A DNA stretch of 64,000 bases from Alphaproteobacteria bacterium (GTDB lineage: Bacteria; Pseudomonadota; Alphaproteobacteria; Rs-D84): contig JAFTPS010000014.1 of assembly GCA_017463185.1 (NCBI GenBank), forward strand, positions 154,546 to 218,545, read 5' to 3'. Position 1 is the first letter of the stretch; the number at the start of each line of letters is the position of its first letter. The translations under genes and the position numbers were made by a program. Shown one piece after another: positions 1-7,992 of this stretch. The notes under the pieces are model-generated. The model was not told the origin of the DNA and searched no databases. It saw nothing but the letters and a program-made list of their open reading frames with translations.

Positions 1-12
1 CATTCCACATCC

Positions 13-1239
13 CTAAAAAACGTATCTCAAAGACAAACCACCTGTGTGATTAACCACATCTGTATGTAATCTTAAATCATAATTTAGGCGTAAATTTATG
101 CCGCTAATATTATATTCAGCCCAAATGCCAAATTCTGCCCCCAGTGGTCGTTCTGTGTCTTCTATTTCAAAATTGTATTTATATCCCAATACATCTAAAT
201 CTACTTTATTGTCTGGTTGTGTAATATTATATTCAACAAATGCACGACCACCCAATACAAAATCACCAATCGCATGTTCATAACCCGCCCCTGCAACAAC
301 ACTATAAAAATCACTTTTGGATTTTTTTAAGTATTCACTGTTTTGATTTAATTCTATATTTGTGTATCTGATACCAATTTCTGGACTTAATCCGTATTCT
401 GTTTTATAACCCGCCATAACCGATGCAAACAAACCAGATACATCACCATTATTCAATTCACTATCTATATACTCATAATCTGCAAAGTTATACGCAACCA
501 GCCCATTTACATAGAATTTGCTCGGTTGCCATTTTGAATATAAAAATACACTGCCTGTATCAAATAATATATCAGACGGATTTATATCTATATCAACATT
601 TGAATAACTGTATCCCGCACCCATTAAAACACTATCTGACAACTGTAAATCCGCCCCCAGAATAACCCCCAGTCCATTTGTTGAATAATTGTATTTACCA
701 GACTTATTCATTGAATTAAGTAATGTTGTTCCCCATACAGAAAACTTATCATCATTAAACCCTATATTACCAAAAACAGAATTATAAATATCAATATTAT
801 GTTGTTTTACAATATTTCTTGAAATGCCAATAACCGATAAATCCGTCAATTCAGAAACATTATTCGCAACCCAATTATCAAATTGATTTTTTAAGTCTGC
901 TACATTCTGTAAAACAAATTCATCCCCCTCTAAACCTATTTCCTTATCAAAATTTTCAAACGTTATACCAGAATAATAAAATTCACTTGGACTATAAGGT
1001 GCCTGATATTCATAACCGTTTCCATCACCCAACCATTCTGTTTGAGTTAATACTAAACTATGTTCAAACGGTTTATAATAATAGTAAATATCTGAAATTT
1101 GTGTTAATTGTCCAGCCGCAGCATATGCAGGGTCAATAACACTATACATATTACCATCATATGAAACCAACGTTAAATCCACTGCATGTGCAGAAATTGC
1201 ACAAAATATACCAACCAAACCAAATATTATCTTTTTCAT
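13..1239 (-). CDS. Outer-membrane beta-barrel protein (autotransporter/OMP-like), signal peptide
   Basis: N-terminal signal peptide MKKIIFGLVGIFCAISAHA. Gly/Tyr-rich amphipathic beta-strand pattern throughout and a C-terminal ...LSLRYVF ending in aromatic Phe, typical of OM beta-barrels. Preceded by the conserved structured leader (copy 1). Confidence 0.55.
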   Translation of the reverse strand: MKKIIFGLVGIFCAISAHAVDLTLVSYDGNMYSVIDPAYAAAGQLTQISDIYYYYKPFEHSLVLTQTEWLGDGNGYEYQAPYSPSEFYYSGITFENFDKEIGLEGDEFVLQNVADLKNQFDNWVANNVSELTDLSVIGISRNIVKQHNIDIYNSVFGNIGFNDDKFSVWGTTLLNSMNKSGKYNYSTNGLGVILGADLQLSDSVLMGAGYSYSNVDIDINPSDILFDTGSVFLYSKWQPSKFYVNGLVAYNFADYEYIDSELNNGDVSGLFASVMAGYKTEYGLSPEIGIRYTNIELNQNSEYLKKSKSDFYSVVAGAGYEHAIGDFVLGGRAFVEYNITQPDNKVDLDVLGYKYNFEIEDTERPLGAEFGIWAEYNISGINLRLNYDLRLHTDVVNHTGGLSLRYVF

Positions 1240-1490
1240 ACTACACCCTTTGTAAAAAAAACACCGCCAATAAAGGATATTGACGGTCGGGCGTTTCCAA
1301 AAATCATACTGTAAATGACTCCCATTGCGTTCAGGTTGCCCTTATTGTATTACAACGGGTGGCCCGACCAAAGGTCAGGCATAACGATGCGAATGCACCA
1401 TTTGCAAAAGTGGATAACGATGCATATCGCACCGTACAGTATGGGCTTTTGGAACCCGAACCCGCTAGTCCCCTATCGGATTCAATACTT
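1240..1490 (-). promoter_or_regulatory. Conserved structured 5' leader, copy 1 (terminator hairpin plus U8 abutting the RBS; upstream complementary antiterminator segment)
   Basis: In RNA orientation the leader reads ...GGGUUCGGG...CCUGACC..GGUCGGGCC...UAUGAUUU..GCCCGACCGUCAAUAUCCUUUAUUGGCGGUGUUUUUUUU-ACAAAGGG-N7-AUG. GGUCGGGC is complementary to GCCCGACC, which overlaps the terminator stem. The same architecture and motifs recur at 9328-9595 and 16493-16715. Confidence 0.55.
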
Positions 1491-1534
1491 ATAATAACAG
1501 TAAATACCTATAAATGCAAAAAATAAAAAAACGA

Positions 1535-2188
1535 CTAAATTGTTTCATCAACAAGCTTAGATATAAAATCTACAAAATCACTGGAAAATTTTATATCCAA
1601 ATTTTCATTACAAGAGATTAAATTTTTAATATTTTCTATATTTTGGAAATCTAGCCAACATTCATCACCTGTTTTACATGGGATAATCCTATCAGCCTCA
1701 CCTTTATAAAAGGCAGCAACCATAGGATTAATAAAATGATTATTTTGTTCACAAAAATCCTGCCACAACATAACAACATCGCCTCCATGACACATAGATA
1801 AAAAATCTTCACCATTCATGTAATTAAAACATAATTTTACGGGCAAATTAGCAACCCTTAAACCACGAGGCAAATTTACAAGAGCACGATTTATTTCTTG
1901 CTGACACATTTCTTTTATTTCTTCTAAAGATAAGTTATTATATTTTCTCTTAAATAGATCTACATCTAACCAAATACACAGCTCATCAAAATCACCTTTT
2001 ACAGATTTTAAAGCATCCTTTATTCTTGATATATAATTACTTACTGTTATACCACCACATAAATTACTAGACATTATAGTAACAATTTGCTTATCTGTAT
2101 ATTCTCTAAAAAACTTTTTCAATACTTTTATATACCTTTCTTCGCTTCCACCCTCACAAACCACCAAAATATATTTATATACACACAT
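1535..2188 (-). CDS. RloB/TOPRIM-like small protein (AbiLii / DUF4276-like partner of an ABC-type ATPase)
   Basis: N-terminal motif ILVVCEGGSEERYIK matches the RloB/OLD-TOPRIM (v)EGxxE signature. 217 aa; its start overlaps or abuts the upstream ATPase gene (2188 vs 2198). The gene is very AT-rich compared with its neighbours. Confidence 0.55.
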   Translation of the reverse strand: MCVYKYILVVCEGGSEERYIKVLKKFFREYTDKQIVTIMSSNLCGGITVSNYISRIKDALKSVKGDFDELCIWLDVDLFKRKYNNLSLEEIKEMCQQEINRALVNLPRGLRVANLPVKLCFNYMNGEDFLSMCHGGDVVMLWQDFCEQNNHFINPMVAAFYKGEADRIIPCKTGDECWLDFQNIENIKNLISCNENLDIKFSSDFVDFISKLVDETI

Positions 2189-2197
2189 GTCAAACCC

Positions 2198-3541
2198 CTA
2201 ATCCAAAATAATAGGCTGCCCCCTATACATCCCAGAAACATACCTATCTCTGAAATTAACCTCATTCCTTTTTTCTATAGAAGATAATCTAACCAAGACA
2301 GAACCGTTTTTTTTGTTTTTATTAACAAAGGCAAATTCATCTGTTTTATAAATCTTATTTTCTAAAATATCAGTTGTATGCAAAGTAGCTATTAGCTGCG
2401 CTCCATTCTTATTCAAATTTTTATATTTAAACCTTTTAATTAAACCTTCTAAAACTTTTGGATGTATAGAACGATCCATTTCATCTATTATAATCAAAAC
2501 ACCTTTTTCAACTGCCCCTAATATTAAACCAGCCAATTTAAATATTTCTTGAGTACCAACGGATAATTCATTATGAAAATTAAAAGGAACATCTTTTCCT
2601 GTATCATCTTCTAAATAAGGAATAATATCATCAACATAAACCTTGTCTTCATCAAAATTTTTTATAAAATCAAACGGAATTTCAACATTCATCAAACTCT
2701 CTTGAGAATACTCTTTATATTTATGCTCAAAACGTTTAACATCTACATCAAACATCTGAATAAACTTTGATATTTTATCCAAACTAACACATATATCTTC
2801 ATCCTTATCAGAATCAGCTAAATATCTAATAGAAGAAAATGCTCTTAAACTATCTTTTGCTGAAATTATTTTTATATTATTAGAAATATAATAAAAAACA
2901 TCCGATAACCTACTATCTAAGTTAGGAAATTGCCAAACAAATTTTTCTAAAAAAGTATTTTTTTGATAATCTTGTCCATCCTTACCACGAACAATAGCAG
3001 CAGTTTCGTATATTTTATCTAACAAAACATAATCAAAACCATCACAGTCAATATTATCAAAATAAGTTTTTTGATTTTCTATTTTGTATATAGATATATT
3101 ATTAGTTAAATCAATTAATTCTTCATAAACAATGGAATTCTCATCAAAAGCCAAAATATAACTATACTTACGTGAATTAACAAAAAATTCTATACTAAAA
3201 CACGTTGGTTCTTTTATAAAACGCAATTTGTTTGGTTGATACGAAGAAAAAACCAAACCATCTACTACAATCTCACGAAAAACTTTTATCGCCTTAACTA
3301 TATTACTTTTACCACTAGCATTAGGACCATATATACATTCCACAGGAACAACCCTGTCAGCAATTTTTTTTGTTGGTTCCAATGCATAAATTACATCTTT
3401 CTCAACCAATCTTTTTTGGCCAAAAGACATATCCAACGTCAAATCAACAATGGATTTAAAATTTTTTATATTTAATCTATACAACATGTTTTTTACCTTA
3501 GGCGAGCATATTATACCATAAAAAAGAAAAAAATTCAACAA
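2198..3541 (-). CDS. AAA_21/ABC-type ATPase (AbiLi / RloA / PARIS AriA-like defense ATPase)
   Basis: Walker A GPNASGKSN near the N-terminus. A long helical middle region, then Walker B/D-loop LIIIDEMDRSIHP and an H-loop-like ATLHT near the C-terminus; this split ABC ATPase architecture is typical of the AAA_15/21 family. Forms an operon with the TOPRIM-like gene. Confidence 0.65.
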   Translation of the reverse strand: MLNFFLFYGIICSPKVKNMLYRLNIKNFKSIVDLTLDMSFGQKRLVEKDVIYALEPTKKIADRVVPVECIYGPNASGKSNIVKAIKVFREIVVDGLVFSSYQPNKLRFIKEPTCFSIEFFVNSRKYSYILAFDENSIVYEELIDLTNNISIYKIENQKTYFDNIDCDGFDYVLLDKIYETAAIVRGKDGQDYQKNTFLEKFVWQFPNLDSRLSDVFYYISNNIKIISAKDSLRAFSSIRYLADSDKDEDICVSLDKISKFIQMFDVDVKRFEHKYKEYSQESLMNVEIPFDFIKNFDEDKVYVDDIIPYLEDDTGKDVPFNFHNELSVGTQEIFKLAGLILGAVEKGVLIIIDEMDRSIHPKVLEGLIKRFKYKNLNKNGAQLIATLHTTDILENKIYKTDEFAFVNKNKKNGSVLVRLSSIEKRNEVNFRDRYVSGMYRGQPIILD

Positions 3542-3630
3542 TAAACAACTTTTTTGTTTATATTATAAAAAAACAAACACAACAAACACAAAAACACATA
3601 CAATAATATTATTATAAACAAAAAAATTGT

Positions 3631-4803
3631 TTATAATACCACAAACCCCAGCATTTTATCTGTGGCGGTTTGCATAGAATCACGAATTGGGTCAACGGTC
3701 AGGCGACTATAAACCTGTGTTGCGCTGGTGGATTTATGGCCAAGTGATTTACCAATAACCGGCAAACTGGCACCCGATATTGCCTGCCACGACCCCATTG
3801 TGCGACGCAGGTCATGAATCCGCATATCTGTGATGTTTGCCGCCTTTAACAAAGATTGCCACGGACGTTTCGGGTCTTCCAGATGTCCACTGGCACTTTT
3901 ACTACTCGGCAATACCCAACCTTTTTTCTTGCCTTGATTGATTTTTAACAGCAATTCACGCAACTGATTCACCATTGGAATCTGCAACGGTTGCCCACCT
4001 TTGGAATCAGGCACATATATCAACCCCGACGTAAAATCAACATGTTCCCAGCGCATAGTCAGCACATTATTCCGCCGCATCCCAGTCATCAGCGATATCA
4101 TCACATAGTTTTTGAACACATCGTTTTTACATTCCGCCAAGGCCGTCCAGAACCTTTTTAATTCATCACCATTCAAGAATCTGTCCCGACTTTTTTCTGT
4201 AAATTTACGAATTCCGCCGGCCGGATTACCACGTAACCCCATTAAGCCCTTTTTCACTGCAATCACATACATATGCTTAATCAACGACAACACCCGATTG
4301 GCCGTATATGGACTGTGTGTTTTACAAGTCTCCGCATGCAGGCGTTCAATCTCGTCCGCTTTGATACTTAACAACTTGCGATTATGAAATTGATTCAACC
4401 GGTGCTTGAACACACTGTCATCATTTACAACCGAATGTTGCTTTTTATAGATTGTGGAATATTCGGGTTTATAGATATTTTCATAAAACTGGCGCAGGGT
4501 CATATCATTCAGATTTTCCCGTCTTTGAATACTGGGGTCTGTGCCATTAGTCGCCATTTCTTTTAAGCTATGCGCCTGCCGCCGTGCATCACACAGTTTA
4601 ATCTGCCCCACACGCCCGATTTTTATACGCTTTGGTGTGCCTTGGAATTTCATATAGGCATAATAAGTCTTTGCCCCGCCATAGGTCACAATAACACACA
4701 GACCATCATGACTGCCCGTGTCATAATAAACCGCCTGCCCCGATGCAGGAACGGCTAAATTTTCCAACGCCCGTTCTGTAAAATTGATACGATTTGACGA
4801 CAT
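3631..4803 (-). CDS. int: Tyrosine site-specific integrase (P4-type)
   Basis: 390 aa. C-terminal catalytic residues R..HDLRRT..HKSTSATQVYSRL (R-H-R-Y), with an N-terminal arm-binding region. The gene directly abuts the Bro-N gene and lies about 1 kb from a tRNA 3'-end fragment. Confidence 0.85.
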   Translation of the reverse strand: MSSNRINFTERALENLAVPASGQAVYYDTGSHDGLCVIVTYGGAKTYYAYMKFQGTPKRIKIGRVGQIKLCDARRQAHSLKEMATNGTDPSIQRRENLNDMTLRQFYENIYKPEYSTIYKKQHSVVNDDSVFKHRLNQFHNRKLLSIKADEIERLHAETCKTHSPYTANRVLSLIKHMYVIAVKKGLMGLRGNPAGGIRKFTEKSRDRFLNGDELKRFWTALAECKNDVFKNYVMISLMTGMRRNNVLTMRWEHVDFTSGLIYVPDSKGGQPLQIPMVNQLRELLLKINQGKKKGWVLPSSKSASGHLEDPKRPWQSLLKAANITDMRIHDLRRTMGSWQAISGASLPVIGKSLGHKSTSATQVYSRLTVDPIRDSMQTATDKMLGFVVL

Positions 4804-5634
4804 TTATTCTTTAGCCACACGCTTTAACAGTTTTGAATTTGTGCCCGACACAACCCTTTTTCCGGTTTCTTGTTCCAGCTGTAATCGTGCCTGACGGGCA
4901 ACATTACCGCCACGCTTGGCCACCGCCATATTTTGTGCCAGTCCCATTGGATTTTCATTTTTTGCAATCTCGGTCGCAGACAGTTCCGCCAACATATTCA
5001 GAACCAATTCAGCATTCGTCATATTATCACGCAAGGATTCTTTCTTTAGCCCTTTGTGCTGTTTATATTCTTTGGTCTTCATACCCGACCAAGAACGTGT
5101 AATTTCATCTGTCAGCAAGGCGTATTCCAATCCTTTCTTAATTCCACCCTTGTCCCATTGATTGGTCAGGTCTTTACGAATTTCAATAGAACGCAACCGC
5201 TGGGCAATCCATTCATCCGAATAACCCAACCGCTGGTAATAATTCAATGCACGTTGAATTGCGATTTCGGGGTCTGATATTTCATCAATTCTTTCACTAC
5301 CCACACTGGCCAGCCACAACTTAAATGGTTCTGCTTTCTTAGATGGCACAGATTGAATCAAGCGCAACAACTGTTCTGTGTCCGCCACATCGGTCATACG
5401 CAACTTGCCATCTGGTGCAACCAATTTCAACTGGTTACAATTTGTAACCGTTTCATTTCCTTCCGCCTTCAGACGGCTTTTCAAAACCTTCCAATAATTA
5501 CGTGAATGTTGATAATCCGATTCCGTCAATGCTGCAATAACATCAACAATGGAAAAATACCACTTTTCAGCATCCGCATCCCATTGGGTTCTGATATTTG
5601 TATCTTGGAACAGTTTTAGTGTCGTATCCGTCAT
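4804..5634 (-). CDS. Bro-N domain protein (DinD / phage antirepressor KilAC-like)
   Basis: N-terminal Bro-N-like segment WDADAEKWYFSIVDVIAALTES...YWKVLKSRL and a C-terminal KilAC-like region. 276 aa, a length matching the DinD family. Contiguous with int. Confidence 0.55.
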   Translation of the reverse strand: MTDTTLKLFQDTNIRTQWDADAEKWYFSIVDVIAALTESDYQHSRNYWKVLKSRLKAEGNETVTNCNQLKLVAPDGKLRMTDVADTEQLLRLIQSVPSKKAEPFKLWLASVGSERIDEISDPEIAIQRALNYYQRLGYSDEWIAQRLRSIEIRKDLTNQWDKGGIKKGLEYALLTDEITRSWSGMKTKEYKQHKGLKKESLRDNMTNAELVLNMLAELSATEIAKNENPMGLAQNMAVAKRGGNVARQARLQLEQETGKRVVSGTNSKLLKRVAKE

Positions 5635-5784
5635 TTTTTACCCCTGTAAATTTGACCCGTTATCTTTTTCGTTTTGCTACCAATTTTTATTAAATCTTGT
5701 TAAAGTTATTATGCGACACAATACGCAGAAAATCAAGAAAAATTAAACAATATTAAACAATGTTAAACACTTGACCCGTTAACT

Positions 5785-5819
5785 GAAGATCAGTGGTTCA
5801 AATCCATTCCCCGCAACCA
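5785..5819 (+). other. tRNA 3'-end fragment (T-arm GGTTCAAATCC plus acceptor 3' strand plus CCA); putative att repeat of the integrase island
   Basis: The sequence ...agtggTTCAAATccattccccgcaACCA has a T-arm and acceptor 3' half. There is no complementary 5' acceptor strand or D-arm upstream, so it is a fragment and not a functional tRNA gene. Confidence 0.5.
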
Positions 5820-5889
5820 GTTTTAATAAAAAATGCCCCTAATCCGGGGTGTTTTTTATTAAACCAAAATTATTTTATCCCAATCAAAA

Positions 5890-5914
5890 AATCACCCAAA
5901 TGGGTGATTTTTTA
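5890..5914. terminator. Bidirectional intrinsic terminator (tcaccc-aaa-tgggtga flanked by T/A runs)
   Basis: Perfect 7-bp stem followed by a T-run, immediately downstream of the lipoprotein operon end. Confidence 0.5.
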
Positions 5915-6931
5915 TCATTTTGATATATCAGATATCAATATTTCCATCAATTCATCTGACACTTTTTTTACCAATGCATTTTCAACTGTATTACACGATG
6001 CGCCAGATTCATAATGAATTGACTTTGAAACAGAATCAGTGGACACAATTTCCATTGTTGCAGTTTCTATAAGTTTATAGGAAACAGTCAATTTAGCATC
6101 TGTTTTTTGAACTTTTTCGCCTGTCAATTGAATAGTTTTATCTGTACGATTGATATTAAATCTTTCAATTCTACCAACCAACAGATAATCAGCTATTTCC
6201 AATTGTTTTAATTTATTTAAATTTTCTCGTTTTGCTATATCATCATTCAGTAATCCTAATTCTTTTGCTTGTTTATCAAAATTACTTCTGTCGACAACGG
6301 TCAATTTTTTTGACCTAGAGATATCCTTTTCCCACGCTGTTATTAAATCAGCATCTGTTAAACAATCCCATTTTTTCTTGCCTTCAAACCCTGTTATCAC
6401 CACACTATATTTTGATTTTTTTACCAAATCTGGTGAAACATAGTCATCTGTGACAAATACTTTTGCTTCAATCTCGACTGTATATTTTCCTTTTTTTTCT
6501 GATACAGATTTTACAGAATATCCCTCTATTTTTCCTTGATATTTTTGGTTGATATTTCTTTCTTCTATGCGCAAAGATTCATCAATTTTTCCACCTTTGT
6601 AATCTACAAAAACATCTTCCTTATAATCTGCTGAAACCTGTTGTTTATCATCATCAAACCAACCATCCGTAATTGATTTAAACCAAGATTTCTTTTCAAC
6701 CTTTGCTTTTATTTCACGTGTATCTTCCAGATGATAATCAGCAGAAACTATTTTCGCACTGTCTGCACCACCAGACACCACAGAAGTCTGTCTTATAGCA
6801 TTATCAATCGCATCAATAGTAGCTTCATATTCTGATTTTCCGTATCCCGTTGCACCTACATTTTGAATTTTTGCATTTGCATAATTTATAACACCGCAAA
6901 ACATTAAAAATACAATGAAAAATTTTTTCAT
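5915..6931 (-). CDS. Secreted protein, possibly CsgG/LpoB-fold lipoprotein-operon component
   Basis: Signal peptide MKKFFIVFLMFCGVINYANA (start taken at the internal Met). C-terminal ...KYSVVITGFEG..ADYLLVGRIERFNI.. resembles CsgG-family motifs. Last gene of the four-gene operon. Confidence 0.4.
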   Translation of the reverse strand: MKKFFIVFLMFCGVINYANAKIQNVGATGYGKSEYEATIDAIDNAIRQTSVVSGGADSAKIVSADYHLEDTREIKAKVEKKSWFKSITDGWFDDDKQQVSADYKEDVFVDYKGGKIDESLRIEERNINQKYQGKIEGYSVKSVSEKKGKYTVEIEAKVFVTDDYVSPDLVKKSKYSVVITGFEGKKKWDCLTDADLITAWEKDISRSKKLTVVDRSNFDKQAKELGLLNDDIAKRENLNKLKQLEIADYLLVGRIERFNINRTDKTIQLTGEKVQKTDAKLTVSYKLIETATMEIVSTDSVSKSIHYESGASCNTVENALVKKVSDELMEILISDISK

Positions 6932-6991
6932 TTTTACATCCTTTTTTGTAAAAAAACACCCAAACAAAATTTGAGTGTTTTTTATATTCGT

Positions 6992-7594
6992 TTACCAGGT
7001 TTGAGTATCTTTATCCACCAACTTTTTAATAATCTTATAATCTGACCATAATTCAGTACCATCTGATACATCCGTCAAAGATAAATCAAAAGTATATTCA
7101 ATCAGTTTATTTCTGCGATCAACATTTGTATTTTTTTGAGAAATACGCCCTGTCAGTGATAAATCAAATGCTTTTACTGTATTATTTTTCTTTACTGTTG
7201 ATTTATCAACCAACGAAGATTCGGCCAATTCTCTGGACGCAGCAACATCTGAATTTCTGTTTGAACCAAAAGAATTAGTTGCTTTTACATTTCCACTGCG
7301 TCTGACTTCTTTGGTTATAAACATTGTTAAATCGCGCATATTCAGCCGTTGTTGTGTATCATTTACAATTTCCGAAACCTTCATAATATATGGCTGACCA
7401 TTTGGTTTTGGGCTGGCCAATTCATGTGCCAGCATATCATTTAACATACTTTGGGCAGCAACTTCAAAATCATTACTTGATAATGTTGCAGATACAAATT
7501 CCTGGGATTCTGAATCAGTCAATACTTTTGGACTAGAAGAACATCCCACCCCCATAAAAGCTATTGCAATCATTAAATAAAAAACTTTTTTCAT
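6992..7594 (-). CDS. Lipoprotein (DUF799/LpoB-like?)
   Basis: Lipobox MGVGC|SSS. 200 aa. C-terminal pattern LSLTGRISQ...FDLSLTDVSDGTELWS is reminiscent of LpoB/CsgG-like folds. The family assignment is tentative. Confidence 0.4.
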   Translation of the reverse strand: MKKVFYLMIAIAFMGVGCSSSPKVLTDSESQEFVSATLSSNDFEVAAQSMLNDMLAHELASPKPNGQPYIMKVSEIVNDTQQRLNMRDLTMFITKEVRRSGNVKATNSFGSNRNSDVAASRELAESSLVDKSTVKKNNTVKAFDLSLTGRISQKNTNVDRRNKLIEYTFDLSLTDVSDGTELWSDYKIIKKLVDKDTQTW

Positions 7595-7607
7595 TTTTTT
7601 CCTTTTA

Positions 7608-7979
7608 TTATTGTTCTATTTTTGTATTTGATACATAAACTTTATAATCCACAGCCTTGCTTGATGGCGCGACAATGGTCCAATAAAAAGGCAATCCTTT
7701 TTTAACTGTCTGTTTTACATATTTAGACAACAAAGTATTTATTTTTATTCCACTATCATTAAACCAAGCTGTTGAATAATACAAATCTGTATCATTATAC
7801 ACTTCACCAGAAACGGTTATTTTCATATTTCCATTTTCTACATATTCAACCCCATTGATACGAATATTTTTTATACAATCGTCTGGCAGGCTATCTATAT
7901 GTATATGTTCAGGATTCAGATTTTGGGTGGTCGTACAACCACCCAAAACAATTCCTAAAATACAAATAATTTTTTTCAT
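7608..7979 (-). CDS. Small lipoprotein (DUF4810-like?)
   Basis: Lipobox LGGC|TTT. 123 aa. Sits in the operon between two other lipoproteins. Confidence 0.4.
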   Translation of the reverse strand: MKKIICILGIVLGGCTTTQNLNPEHIHIDSLPDDCIKNIRINGVEYVENGNMKITVSGEVYNDTDLYYSTAWFNDSGIKINTLLSKYVKQTVKKGLPFYWTIVAPSSKAVDYKVYVSNTKIEQ

Positions 7980-7992
7980 AATTTACCTGTAT

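Noticed and set aside
1240-1490. The leader repeat considered as a Rickettsia-palindromic-element-type selfish MITE
   Set aside because: All three copies are in identical 5'-UTR position and orientation relative to envelope genes, with the terminator abutting the RBS. None are inserted in coding sequence or in random intergenic contexts within 64 kb. A cis-regulatory role fits better, though a MITE origin cannot be excluded without genome-wide data.
5744-5819. Possible complete tRNA gene ending ...GGTTCAAATCC...ACCA
   Set aside because: Only the T-arm and 3' acceptor strand are present. There is no complementary 5' acceptor strand, D-arm or anticodon arm in the preceding 45 nt, so it is interpreted as an att/tRNA 3' fragment.
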